DNA from: Mycoplasmatota bacterium
Lineage (GTDB): Bacteria > Bacillota_I > Bacilli_A > RF39 > UBA660
Assembly: GCA_022763805.1 (NCBI GenBank)
Contig: JALERC010000009.1
Coordinates: 1-61,212 of the forward strand
Direction: 5' to 3'
DNA: 61,212 bases
A program made the translations under genes and the position numbers. The notes under the pieces were generated by a model. It worked only from the letters and a program-made list of their open reading frames with translations. It was not told the origin of the DNA and did no database searches. Shown here piece after piece: positions 1 to 9,275 of the stretch. The first letter of the stretch is position 1. Every line of letters starts with the position of its first letter.

Positions 1-449
1 TTATTATCTAATAATGCTGCCATGTATTTGTTTACATATTCTGTATAATTAAAGTCTTCCTTCATAACAGTAATATTAATACTTTTAAGTATTTCTAATA
101 GATCAATAACTGCATTATTAAATATTTCTAATATATTAGAATTATCCATTCTATATAATAGTTTATTAATACCCAATGATTCATAAAAATCTTTATTTAT
201 TAAATATAATCTTTTATATTCTAATAGTTTATCTAGTTTTGTTTGATTGATTTCTATTTCTTGATTAGGTATTACAGGTATTTCTATTACTGATAATGAT
301 TTAATTGCTTCTTCAGTATAATTTAAATATAGTAATAATTCTTTTTTGATATTATTAATCTTTTCATGATTATTTTCTTTTTCTAAAAATGGTATTGCTT
401 TTATTACTAAATTAACTCTCGCTAATATATCTTCATAGTTATTTTTCAT
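1..449 (-). CDS. hypothetical protein, 3-prime end outside window
   Basis: Own minus-strand translation: ATG at 449 (MKNNYEDILARVNLVIKAIPFLEKENN...) stays open to base 1. It is absent from the ORF track because there is no stop in the window. Its start overlaps the stop of the preceding mini-ORF (ATGAAAAATAA). Confidence 0.4.
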   Translation of the reverse strand, partial: MKNNYEDILARVNLVIKAIPFLEKENNHEKINNIKKELLLYLNYTEEAIKSLSVIEIPVIPNQEIEINQTKLDKLLEYKRLYLINKDFYESLGINKLLYRMDNSNILEIFNNAVIDLLEILKSINITVMKEDFNYTEYVNKYMAALLDN

Positions 450-570
450 CTATAGTATCCTTTTTTAACAATTCTTCTAATTTTTTTATTGCTTCTTCTT
501 CTAGTTTTTTTAGTTCTTCTAATTTATCAATACCTTTAGTTTTTAAATTTCTAACTATATCATCTTTCAC
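445..570 (-). CDS. possible 41-aa K/E-rich mini-protein
   Basis: GTG at 570 preceded by AGGGG. Translation: VKDDIVRNLKTKGIDKLEELKKLEEEAIKKLEELLKKDTIDEK. Its stop overlaps the next ATG. Below the track length cutoff and compositionally simple. Confidence 0.2.
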
Positions 571-602
571 AAAAATTACCCCTATCTATTACTTTTATTA
601 TA

Positions 603-1097
603 TCATATATTATTACGATTAATTAAACATTTTATATTTTTATTATCATCAATTAAAACATTATATAAAACAATTCCTCCAACCATAATTCCACCTGATT
701 TTTTAACTAATTCTTCGGAAGCATAATAAGTACCTCCTGTAGCATATACATCGTCTACAAATAGGCATTTTTTATTCTTTAAATCTATATTAGGTATTTC
801 TAATGTTGTATTAGAGTATTCTGTTTTATAATTAACAGTATAACTTACATTTTCTTTAGGTAATTTTCCTTCTTTTCTTAATGGGATCATTGGCACTTTT
901 AATTTCAAAGCAAGTGCTGATGCCCAAATAAAACCTCGAGCATCTGGAGCTATTATATAATCTACTTCAGTATCTACTAATTTTTTTAATGAATTTATTG
1001 TATGATTAAAACACTTATAATCAGTTATTGTTGGTGTAAAGTCAATAAATTCTATTCCATCTATTGGAAAATTCTTATTTTTAATATATTTTAACAT
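603..1097 (-). CDS. apt: adenine phosphoribosyltransferase
   Basis: 164 aa with the PRPP-binding loop 'LFVDDVYATGGT'. Size and layout match a type I PRTase (Apt). Confidence 0.88.
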   Translation of the reverse strand: MLKYIKNKNFPIDGIEFIDFTPTITDYKCFNHTINSLKKLVDTEVDYIIAPDARGFIWASALALKLKVPMIPLRKEGKLPKENVSYTVNYKTEYSNTTLEIPNIDLKNKKCLFVDDVYATGGTYYASEELVKKSGGIMVGGIVLYNVLIDDNKNIKCLINRNNI

Positions 1098-1098
1098 A

Positions 1099-2079
1099 TT
1101 ATTCCCCTTTTAATTCTGTTTCTACTTTAAATGTAGAATTACTATAATCAATTGTTACATAACTTCCATTTATTATTGTAAATGTAGGTTTTACATGTCC
1201 TATATCTGCTTCATGAATAATAATTTTATCCTTTAATACATGTTTATAAGCATCTATATAAGACATATCTAAAAATGAATTAGGATACTTAACCCTTCCG
1301 AATATAAAAGCCTTCGAGTATTCAAACCAACCAGCATTTTCAAATTGCCATAATGTTCTTAAAACATCTTCTGAAGTCATAGAAAAAATATCAAAATACC
1401 ATATTATTCCATCTTCTTTGTATCGTTCTATAAATTCTTTTGTATAATCAAAACTAGTACCTACAATGTTTTTTAGAACATCCAAACATCCTCCTATAAT
1501 TCGTCCTTTAATATGTACATCATTATCACATTTAACATTGACTTTAGTATCTAAATTATATCCATCAATATCTCCTTTTTCTTTTTCATACATATTAAAA
1601 TTTTCTTGTATTACAAGATTACCTTTCATAAACTCGATATTATTCTTTAAAGACTGATGCAAATTAGTCATATCAAAACTTCCTGCATTACCTGCATATA
1701 TGGTTGCTATATCAAGTTTTGTTGTAACTACATAAAGCAAATTAGTAATATCCGAGTATCCTTGGTACCACTTAATATTTTCTTTAATTAAATCAAAATC
1801 AAGAAGTGGTAATATTTCCATCATCAAATCTCCACCACTTGCTGCTAATATCATTTTTACATTATCATTTTTAATTAAATCATTTAACTCTTTAACTCTA
1901 ATTTCTTTAGAACTTGACACTATCCCATTTTTTCTAACATTATTTGTTTCAATAATTCTAAATTCTTTTTTTAAATTATTGAGTGATTTATCAAATGATT
2001 CTTCTTTATGTTTTATTCCTTGTGAAGGTGCTGTTATACCAATTAAATCACCTTTTTTTAAAAACTTTGGATATATCAT
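1099..2079 (-). CDS. LD-carboxypeptidase (peptidase S66, LdcA-like)
   Basis: 326 aa with 'GDLIGITAPS' at the N-terminus, nucleophile elbow 'QGYSDITNL', and 'HEADIGHVKP' near the C-terminus. Confidence 0.8.
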   Translation of the reverse strand: MIYPKFLKKGDLIGITAPSQGIKHKEESFDKSLNNLKKEFRIIETNNVRKNGIVSSSKEIRVKELNDLIKNDNVKMILAASGGDLMMEILPLLDFDLIKENIKWYQGYSDITNLLYVVTTKLDIATIYAGNAGSFDMTNLHQSLKNNIEFMKGNLVIQENFNMYEKEKGDIDGYNLDTKVNVKCDNDVHIKGRIIGGCLDVLKNIVGTSFDYTKEFIERYKEDGIIWYFDIFSMTSEDVLRTLWQFENAGWFEYSKAFIFGRVKYPNSFLDMSYIDAYKHVLKDKIIIHEADIGHVKPTFTIINGSYVTIDYSNSTFKVETELKGE

Positions 2080-2093
2080 ATTTCCTCCTTTAT

Positions 2094-2116
2094 TAAAAAA
2101 ATACCTTAGCGGTATT
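2094..2116 (-). terminator. rho-independent terminator candidate after the 62-aa ORF
   Basis: Stem AATACC/GGTATT with loop TTAGC, followed on the minus strand by a T-run. The stem is short. Confidence 0.45.
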
Positions 2117-2119
2117 CAA

Positions 2120-2308
2120 TTATTTCTTTTTACTTTCTTCATCATCTTCTAATAAAATTTTTTTATGTTTTTTTAAATTATTAATTCTATCTAGATTATA
2201 ATTTTTTAATATTTTTTCCATTACATCTTGTTTAAAACGTAATTTATCAGCAGCTAATTGCTTTTGTGATTCTAGAATTTCATTTTTCTTTTTTTCTGTT
2301 AATGCCAT
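2120..2308 (-). CDS. small charged hypothetical protein
   Basis: 62-aa ORF with GAGGTAG upstream. K/E-rich and helical-looking; no recognisable motif. Confidence 0.4.
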   Translation of the reverse strand: MALTEKKKNEILESQKQLAADKLRFKQDVMEKILKNYNLDRINNLKKHKKILLEDDEESKKK

Positions 2309-2389
2309 AATTATCTACCTCATTTTAATTATAACATAATATTATCTTTTTTGTAATACCTTCTATTAATTAGGTAATTATTGTTTAAA

Positions 2390-3415
2390 TTAACGTTCAA
2401 TATAATTATAACTTGCAGATCTTATTAGTCTATTCATAATAGCTATTCCAAGTCCTTCTTTTTTTACTCCCATAATTACTACCTTTTTTTTGTTATGTTT
2501 ATCTACTTCTCTAAGTAATCTAAAAATATTATGTGATATTTCCTCATAATCATTAAAATTACCATAACTTAAATATTCTATATCTCTAAATTTATTTTTT
2601 AATTCATTACAACCTATAATTATTGTGTCTTTATTGCTATTTTCTTTTACTAAATCTTCTAATTTATTTATGTCATTAGAATACACTAACAAACACTCTG
2701 TATTTGGAGCATAATGTTTATATTTCATTCCTGGACTTTCTACTACTCCTGTTGCTTTTTTAAAAATATTATCACTTATTTTACATGTTCCGACTACGTT
2801 AATAATATCTTCTGGAGTGATTGCTCCTGGTCTTAAAATTGTGGGTATATCATCTATTACTTTTACAACTGTAGATTCAACTCCTACTTTGGTTTCACCA
2901 CCATCAATAATATAACTTACTTTATTATTAAACTCATTAAATATATCACATACTCTAGTACCACTAGGTTTACCAGATAAATTGGCACTAGGTGCTGCTA
3001 TAGGACATTTTGATAATTTTATTAAATCATGGGCTATAATATTGTCTGGCATACGTATTCCTACAGTATCTAAATTAGCACTTACATTATTTGGTATTAT
3101 ACTTTTTTTCTTTAAAATAAGTGTGAAAGGTCCTGGCATAAAAGCATCCATTAATCTTTGCTCAATTAAAGATGGTTTTTCAATAATATTATCTAAATTA
3201 TCAAAATCGCTAATATGAACAATTAATGGATTATCATTAGCTCTTCCTTTTTGAACAAAAATTTCATCAACAGCTTTACTATTTGTTGCATCAGCACCAA
3301 TTCCATAAACTGTTTCTGTTGGAAATATTACTAATTCTCCATTTCTTATAGCATCTGCTGCTTCTTTCATTTCTTCTATATTGATTTCTTTAGTAAAATC
3401 TAATATTTTAGTCAT
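2390..3415 (-). CDS. tsaC: L-threonylcarbamoyladenylate synthase (Sua5/YwlC type, long form)
   Basis: 341 aa with 'VIFPTETVYGIGADATN', 'RPLIVHI'-like 'NPLIVHISD' and 'APSANLSGKPS'. It also carries a C-terminal Sua5-type extension. Confidence 0.9.
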   Translation of the reverse strand: MTKILDFTKEINIEEMKEAADAIRNGELVIFPTETVYGIGADATNSKAVDEIFVQKGRANDNPLIVHISDFDNLDNIIEKPSLIEQRLMDAFMPGPFTLILKKKSIIPNNVSANLDTVGIRMPDNIIAHDLIKLSKCPIAAPSANLSGKPSGTRVCDIFNEFNNKVSYIIDGGETKVGVESTVVKVIDDIPTILRPGAITPEDIINVVGTCKISDNIFKKATGVVESPGMKYKHYAPNTECLLVYSNDINKLEDLVKENSNKDTIIIGCNELKNKFRDIEYLSYGNFNDYEEISHNIFRLLREVDKHNKKKVVIMGVKKEGLGIAIMNRLIRSASYNYIER

Positions 3416-3576
3416 TATTTATCACCTCTTATTTTAATTTTAGTTTTAAATATCTTTTTTTCTTCTTTTGTCATATATTTATTTGTATCTAATATATATT
3501 CATTTTCTTTTCCTTTTACTAATTTAGCATTCATATTTTTACATATTTTTTTAAGTACTTTCAATTCTTCTTTCAT
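3415..3576 (-). CDS. 53-aa lysine-rich hypothetical protein (not in the ORF track)
   Basis: ATG at 3576 lies 5 nt after GGAGGC. Translation: MKEELKVLKKICKNMNAKLVKGKENEYILDTNKYMTKEEKKIFKTKIKIRGDK. Its stop overlaps the tsaC start as TAATG. Confidence 0.45.
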   Translation of the reverse strand: MKEELKVLKKICKNMNAKLVKGKENEYILDTNKYMTKEEKKIFKTKIKIRGDK

Positions 3577-3635
3577 AGTGCCTCCTTTTCTTAGTATTAT
3601 AACACAAATTAAAAGATATTGATAAATTTCAATAT

Positions 3636-4169
3636 CTATTTAACTATTTTAGCCTCTATAACTGTTTCTTTCATTGCGTTTGCAGTAATGAATTGATTTA
3701 TACCATCTATTACTAAAAATATTCCAATTAACCTAAAAATAAGTTTTATTGAATCAAATGGATTAAAGAATAAAAATAATCCAAATAAAAGCATAATAAT
3801 TGATGTAATAAAAATATTATTCCACTTAGCATATCCATTATTTTTAAGTGAAAATGCTTCTACCATTTTAGTTATGGCATCTACTATAATTATTACTCCT
3901 ACAACTATTGGTATAAATGATATAAATGCTTCAGGATTAATTACTACGTATGATCCTAATAATAAAGCAAGAATACCAAGTACCAAATTAAATTTAGATA
4001 TTTGTGTTCCCTTAGAATTTATAAAAATAAATATTTGGTTAACTCCAAATGCTAAAATTAAAAATCCTATAACATAACAAATAATATTAGATATAGATGC
4101 TGGACTAATTATCATAAATATTCCTAGTAATATATATATAATGGCTGTTATAAACATTGTTTTTTTCAT
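3636..4169 (-). CDS. HdeD/DUF308-like integral membrane protein
   Basis: 177 aa with about six hydrophobic helices of repeating character ('LLGIFMIISP', 'LGILALLLGSY', 'IGIFLVIDGI'). Confidence 0.55.
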   Translation of the reverse strand: MKKTMFITAIIYILLGIFMIISPASISNIICYVIGFLILAFGVNQIFIFINSKGTQISKFNLVLGILALLLGSYVVINPEAFISFIPIVVGVIIIVDAITKMVEAFSLKNNGYAKWNNIFITSIIMLLFGLFLFFNPFDSIKLIFRLIGIFLVIDGINQFITANAMKETVIEAKIVK

Positions 4170-4178
4170 ATTTCCTCC

Positions 4179-5693
4179 TTATGTTAATGGTGCTATTAAT
4201 CTTAAAATTTCACCAATAAATAATTTTATTTTACTATATTGTTTAACATTTTGTTTAGTTATTTTTATAGATTTATTAATTGTATTTAAAAAATCTTTTT
4301 TCATTTCATTAATTGTTTTGGATTTATATAAATAAATACCATCTTCAAAATTTAAATATAAACTTCTAAAATCCAAATTAAATGTACCAATAGTTGCAAT
4401 TTCATCATCACTAATAAACATTTTAGCATGAATAAACCCACTTTTATACTCATATATTTCAATACCATCATTTATAAGTTCTTCATAATGAACTCGTGCA
4501 AGCATATATACATATTTTTTATCTGGTATATGTGGTAGTAATATTTTTACTTTTACTCCCCTATTAGCAGCATATTTTAAAGCATTTAACAATTCATAAT
4601 CAAGAACTAAATAAGGTGTTGTAATATATAGATATTTACTAGCTCTAGATATAATATCCATATATACTTGTTTTCCAATATTTTTTTTATTATATGGATT
4701 ATCATAATAAGGCATTATATAACCATCACTATCTACTTTATGTTCTATCTTATAATTTAAAAAATTTTCATTATTAACTTTTCCTGTATTCCATAATGTT
4801 AAAAACATTTGTGTAAGACTATTAACTGCTTCACCTTCAATACGTATTGCTGTATCTTTCCAGTGACCATAGCATTCTTTTTTATTAATATATTCATCAC
4901 TTAAATTTACTCCTCCAGTATATCCTATAATTCCATCTATGACAACTATTTTTCTATGATCTCTATTATTATGATAAGTAGAAATTATAGCCTTTATAGG
5001 ATTAAATATATGGCATTTTATTCCATAACTTTCTAATTCTTTAGGATAATTGTAAGGAAGTAACATAATTGAACACATTCCATCATACATAACTCTTACT
5101 TCAACACCAGATTTAACTTTTTCTTTTAAGATTTCTAAAATGCTATTCCACATTTCACCTTTACTTATTATAAAATATTCTAAAAATATAAAATGTTTTG
5201 CTTTTTTTAAATCTTCAAGTAATTTAACATATTTATCTTCCCCTAATGGAAAATATTCTTGTTTTGTATTTTCGTAAATTATAAAACCATTACTATTCAT
5301 ATAATTTACAAAACCTTTTGTTCTATCATCTGTAAAATTAATTTCTTTTTGTTTTAGATTTCGCATTGATTTTTCTTCATTTTGTTTTACTTGTTTTCCT
5401 ATTAATTTTGGTATTAATTGAAAATTTAAAATAATATATAATAATGTACCAAAAATAGGTATAGCTAAAATTGGAATTATCCATGCCATTTTAAAGTCTG
5501 GATTAGATTCACTATTAAGTATACTAATTATGACTAAAAAGGATAATATGGTAGATAAAATCCACAAATAAGGTATATATTCATAATACCATATAAAGAA
5601 TGAAAAAAGAATTATTAATTGAACCAATAAAGATGTAATAAATATTGTAGTTCTTCCAAATATTAATTTAAAGAAAAATTTAAATATTTTCAT
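4179..5693 (-). CDS. cls: cardiolipin synthase
   Basis: 504 aa with two N-terminal TM helices and two HKD motifs, 'HRKIVVID' and 'HAKMFISD'. Confidence 0.9.
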   Translation of the reverse strand: MKIFKFFFKLIFGRTTIFITSLLVQLIILFSFFIWYYEYIPYLWILSTILSFLVIISILNSESNPDFKMAWIIPILAIPIFGTLLYIILNFQLIPKLIGKQVKQNEEKSMRNLKQKEINFTDDRTKGFVNYMNSNGFIIYENTKQEYFPLGEDKYVKLLEDLKKAKHFIFLEYFIISKGEMWNSILEILKEKVKSGVEVRVMYDGMCSIMLLPYNYPKELESYGIKCHIFNPIKAIISTYHNNRDHRKIVVIDGIIGYTGGVNLSDEYINKKECYGHWKDTAIRIEGEAVNSLTQMFLTLWNTGKVNNENFLNYKIEHKVDSDGYIMPYYDNPYNKKNIGKQVYMDIISRASKYLYITTPYLVLDYELLNALKYAANRGVKVKILLPHIPDKKYVYMLARVHYEELINDGIEIYEYKSGFIHAKMFISDDEIATIGTFNLDFRSLYLNFEDGIYLYKSKTINEMKKDFLNTINKSIKITKQNVKQYSKIKLFIGEILRLIAPLT

Positions 5694-6403
5694 TATACTC
5701 TTATTTTAATTATTATTAAATTATTATGTTTCTTTAATATAGATACTGGTATATTTGGAGTAACTTCACCATTTAATGCTTTATTCAATATTTCTACTTT
5801 ATCTTTAGTATTTACAAGTAATATGACACACTTAGCATTCATTATAGCATCTACACCAACTGTTATAGCCTTTTTAGGTACTTCTGAGATACTATTAAAA
5901 AATCTTTTATTAGCTTCTATTGTTGATTTTTTTAAATCAACTACGTGAGTCTTATGAGTAAATTTTGTATCGGGTTCATTAAATCCTATATGACCGTTAT
6001 TACCGATACCTAATATTTGAATATCAATAGGTCCAATTTCATCAATTAAATTATCATATCTTTTACATTCTTCTTCTAAATTTTTTGCAGTTCCTTTTGG
6101 TATATTAATATTATTTTCTTTAATATTTACATAATTAAATAGATTTTCCCTCATAAAATAATCATAACTTTGAGGATTATTTTTATCTAATCCTATATAT
6201 TCATCAAGGTTAATTGTTTTTATATTTTTAAAATCAATCTCACCTAATTCAAATTTCTCTTTTAAAATTTGATATGTACCTATTGGAGTAGATCCTGTTG
6301 CAAGGCCTAAAACACTTTTAGGATTTAAAAGCATCTGTGCAACAATTATATTTGCACATTTTTTTGATAATTCTTCATAGTTTTCCACTTCATATATTCT
6401 CAT
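5693..6403 (-). CDS. nagB: glucosamine-6-phosphate deaminase
   Basis: 236 aa with 'LGLATGSTP', 'NLDEY' and 'LGIGNNGHIGFNEP'. Confidence 0.9.
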   Translation of the reverse strand: MRIYEVENYEELSKKCANIIVAQMLLNPKSVLGLATGSTPIGTYQILKEKFELGEIDFKNIKTINLDEYIGLDKNNPQSYDYFMRENLFNYVNIKENNINIPKGTAKNLEEECKRYDNLIDEIGPIDIQILGIGNNGHIGFNEPDTKFTHKTHVVDLKKSTIEANKRFFNSISEVPKKAITVGVDAIMNAKCVILLVNTKDKVEILNKALNGEVTPNIPVSILKKHNNLIIIKIRV

Positions 6404-6419
6404 TCTATCACCATATATA

Positions 6420-7073
6420 TTATATCAAATTTTTAGATATTTTTGTAATAATATCACTATCGTATTTTTTTATTTTTTCTATAGTATTACTTTCTACTGG
6501 AAGACCTAATAATATTTTTTTGTAATCCTCATAAGTACATTTTTTAACTATTTTATTATATTTATCAATTCTATCTATATCTTTATAAAATTCTTTTAAT
6601 AAACTTTCACCAGAATTATTGTAATATCTTGTAATTTCCTTTACTATTTCATTTTTATTATTAATATTTAAATAATTCATAGCATTAATTTTTCCTTCAA
6701 CAATAGCATTATATTCGGTTACAAATTTATAGTACTCAAGTAAGTATAAAAAGTAACTATCTTTTTGTAGTTTAAAAGCATACTTAAATAATTCTTTTTC
6801 AGGAGAATTAAATATATTATGGCTAATTTTTGATTGTTTAACATGTGTTAATTCATGATAGATAAAGTATATTATGTCATTATATTTATATTTTGGATTT
6901 CTTGCTCTTTCATAATTGAATAATATAATTTTATTATTTGAGTTATATCCAGCAATATAAGGAACTTTCTGTTCACTGTTATTTATAAATTTAATATCTT
7001 TTAGATAATTTTTTAAATCATTATTATATATATAATCACTAGCTATATCTATAATTATTTTTTCATATTTCAT
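6420..7073 (-). CDS. HExxH zincin-like protein, tandem paralog 4
   Basis: 217 aa with 'YHELTHVKQSKI', 'EYNAIVEGKINAMNYL' and 'CTYEDYKKILLGLP'. No signal peptide. 4-nt start/stop overlap with paralog 3. Confidence 0.7.
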   Translation of the reverse strand: MKYEKIIIDIASDYIYNNDLKNYLKDIKFINNSEQKVPYIAGYNSNNKIILFNYERARNPKYKYNDIIYFIYHELTHVKQSKISHNIFNSPEKELFKYAFKLQKDSYFLYLLEYYKFVTEYNAIVEGKINAMNYLNINNKNEIVKEITRYYNNSGESLLKEFYKDIDRIDKYNKIVKKCTYEDYKKILLGLPVESNTIEKIKKYDSDIITKISKNLI

Positions 7074-7711
7074 ATTGACCTCTTAATTTCATTGTAGTAA
7101 TTTTTATCTTTTATTATAATTTTATTATGTGTTTCTTTATTTATATTAAGACCTAATAATAATTTTTTTGAATCATCATATTTACATTTTTCATTTATTT
7201 TTTTATAAATATTTAACGCATTTAAATCTTTATAAAAGTCATATAATAAAGACCTATTATTATGTGGATAATAGTATAAAATATTATTATATATTTCATT
7301 TAAAATATTTTCCTTAGTATATTCCATAGTATTAATTTTTCCTTCGATTGTTGCATTATATTCTGATAAAAATTTTTCATAATTTTCTATGTAATAATAA
7401 TAATATTCTTTAAAAACTTGTTCATCATATCTTAATAAAGTTTTTTCTATACTCGGTATAAGATTATTTAATATTTTATTTTGTTTAACATGAACTAGTT
7501 CATGATACATAAAATAAATTATATTTATATAATTATTTTCTTTTAATGCTTTTTCTAAATTATATAGTATTATTTTACTTTCAAAATTATATCCTGCAAT
7601 ATATGGTATAGTTTTATTATTATCATTTATAAAAATAATATCTTTGATGTATTTCTTTAAATTATTTTTATTAATATAATCGTTAGCAATACTTAATAAT
7701 TCATTTTTCAT
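7070..7711 (-). CDS. HExxH zincin-like protein, tandem paralog 3
   Basis: 213 aa with 'YHELVHVKQNKI', 'EYNATIEGKINTMEY' and 'CKYDDSKKLLLGL'. 4-nt overlaps on both sides. Confidence 0.7.
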   Translation of the reverse strand: MKNELLSIANDYINKNNLKKYIKDIIFINDNNKTIPYIAGYNFESKIILYNLEKALKENNYINIIYFMYHELVHVKQNKILNNLIPSIEKTLLRYDEQVFKEYYYYYIENYEKFLSEYNATIEGKINTMEYTKENILNEIYNNILYYYPHNNRSLLYDFYKDLNALNIYKKINEKCKYDDSKKLLLGLNINKETHNKIIIKDKNYYNEIKRSI

Positions 7712-8346
7712 ATATTTTTACTCACGTAATATAAAGTATTAGGGTCATATTCTTTTATTTTTATTTTAGTATTTTCTTCTATTAGTAAACCTAATAATAT
7801 TTTTTTTGAATCTTCATAATTACATTCTTTTATTATGTTTTTAAGTATTAATAAATCATTTTTATCTTTGTAAATTTTAAACAATGATTCATTATCATAA
7901 TAGAAATTAATGTTATCATAAATTGAATCAGATAAATCATAATCGCTATTATTCATAGCGTTAATACAAGATTCTATTCTAGCATTATATTCAATAACAA
8001 ATTTATCATGATTTTTCATATAATATGTATAATCATTCTCAACTAAGTTAAAGTCATATTCATATAATTTTTTTTCTGGATTATTTTCTTCTATTCTAAT
8101 TTTATTTTGTTTAACATGTGTTAGTTCATGATACATTAATATCTTAGAATTTAACGCATATAACTCATCTTTATTTATTCTATCAAAATTAAATTCTATA
8201 AATTTATCTTCAAAATTATAAAATGCTATATAATTTTTATTTAATATTGTATTTTTTTCATTAACAAATCTTATTTCTTTTAAATAGTTATTCAAATTAT
8301 GTTTTTTAACATACTCTAAAGCTATATCGTATAATTCATTTATCAT
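7708..8346 (-). CDS. HExxH zincin-like protein, tandem paralog 2
   Basis: 212 aa with 'YHELTHVKQNKI', 'EYNARIESCINAMN' and 'CNYEDSKKILLGL'. GGAGG SD. Confidence 0.7.
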   Translation of the reverse strand: MINELYDIALEYVKKHNLNNYLKEIRFVNEKNTILNKNYIAFYNFEDKFIEFNFDRINKDELYALNSKILMYHELTHVKQNKIRIEENNPEKKLYEYDFNLVENDYTYYMKNHDKFVIEYNARIESCINAMNNSDYDLSDSIYDNINFYYDNESLFKIYKDKNDLLILKNIIKECNYEDSKKILLGLLIEENTKIKIKEYDPNTLYYVSKNI

Positions 8347-8354
8347 AAGTCCTC

Positions 8355-9014
8355 CTATAATACATATTTTTTTATATCATTATATATTGGATTATCGTTT
8401 GTTAAAATTTTTTTATATGTATTTTTTTCTATTGGTAAACCTAATAATAATTTTTTTGTTTCGTCATAATTACATTCAGAAGTTATTTCATAAAATTTTT
8501 TAAGTTTATGTCTTGCCTTATATAATTCATATAATTTATTTTGTTCATAATCAACATAATAATTATTTATATGATTGTATAAACAATTATTCAATTCAAT
8601 ATTTAAATAATTGCACGTATTTATAATTCCTTCAATATCTGCATTATATTCTATACTCATACAATTATAATATAATTCGTATATTTTATGTTGCCAATTT
8701 ACTAAATTATATTCATAATCATATAATTGTTTTTCTATTGTAAAGATATTTTCTTTTCTAATTTTATTTTGTTTAACATGTGTTAATTCATGATACATAT
8801 AATATACTAAATCTAAAAATTGATCATAACTTTTAAGTGCACTTTCTAAATTATAAAATATTTGTCTAGTTTTACTAGAGTATGATGCTACTACATATTC
8901 TGGAAGTATTGTATTTTGACTCTTTAAAAATTTTATATCCTCTATATAATTTTCTAAATTATTTTTTTTTATATAATTGTTTGCAATACTTAATAATTCA
9001 TTTTGATAATTCAT
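8355..9014 (-). CDS. HExxH zincin-like protein, tandem paralog 1
   Basis: 219 aa with 'YHELTHVKQNKI', 'EYNADIEGIINTCNYL' and 'CNYDETKKLLLGLP'. GAGGTGA SD. Confidence 0.7.
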   Translation of the reverse strand: MNYQNELLSIANNYIKKNNLENYIEDIKFLKSQNTILPEYVVASYSSKTRQIFYNLESALKSYDQFLDLVYYMYHELTHVKQNKIRKENIFTIEKQLYDYEYNLVNWQHKIYELYYNCMSIEYNADIEGIINTCNYLNIELNNCLYNHINNYYVDYEQNKLYELYKARHKLKKFYEITSECNYDETKKLLLGLPIEKNTYKKILTNDNPIYNDIKKYVL

Positions 9015-9076
9015 GTTCTCACCTCAATATTAATATAATATAAAAAATTTAATAGATATATTTTTAAAGTACATAT

Positions 9077-9241
9077 TTAATTATATTTTTGTGCTTCATC
9101 TATATTATATAATGTTTCTTTAGTACTTGCTATATATCCTTAAACATATGGTGTTAGATAATACTAATTTGTAACAAATTTTATATCATTTACATATTCA
9201 TATATAATACATCCACCTTTAGTTGGTGTATATTGTATCAT
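9077..9241 (-). pseudogene. decayed N-terminal fragment of a fifth HExxH-family paralog
   Basis: A single frame reads MIQYTPTKGGCIIYEYVNDIKFVTN*YYLTPYV*GYIASTKETLYNIDEAQKYN*. This aligns to the paralog N-termini ('NY(I/L)xDIKF...PY(I/V).GY....I(L/F)YN(L/Y)E.A'). It has two in-frame stops and lacks the HExxH part. Confidence 0.6.
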
Positions 9242-9242
9242 A

Positions 9243-9275
9243 AATAATAAAAAAAGTATAATTATTATACTTTTT
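9243..9275 (-). terminator. rho-independent terminator ending the sigE-linked operon
   Basis: 11-bp AT-rich stem AAAAAGTATAA/TTATACTTTTT (9251..9261 / 9265..9275) with loop TTA. It overlaps the stop codon and is followed on the minus strand by a T-rich run. Confidence 0.5.
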
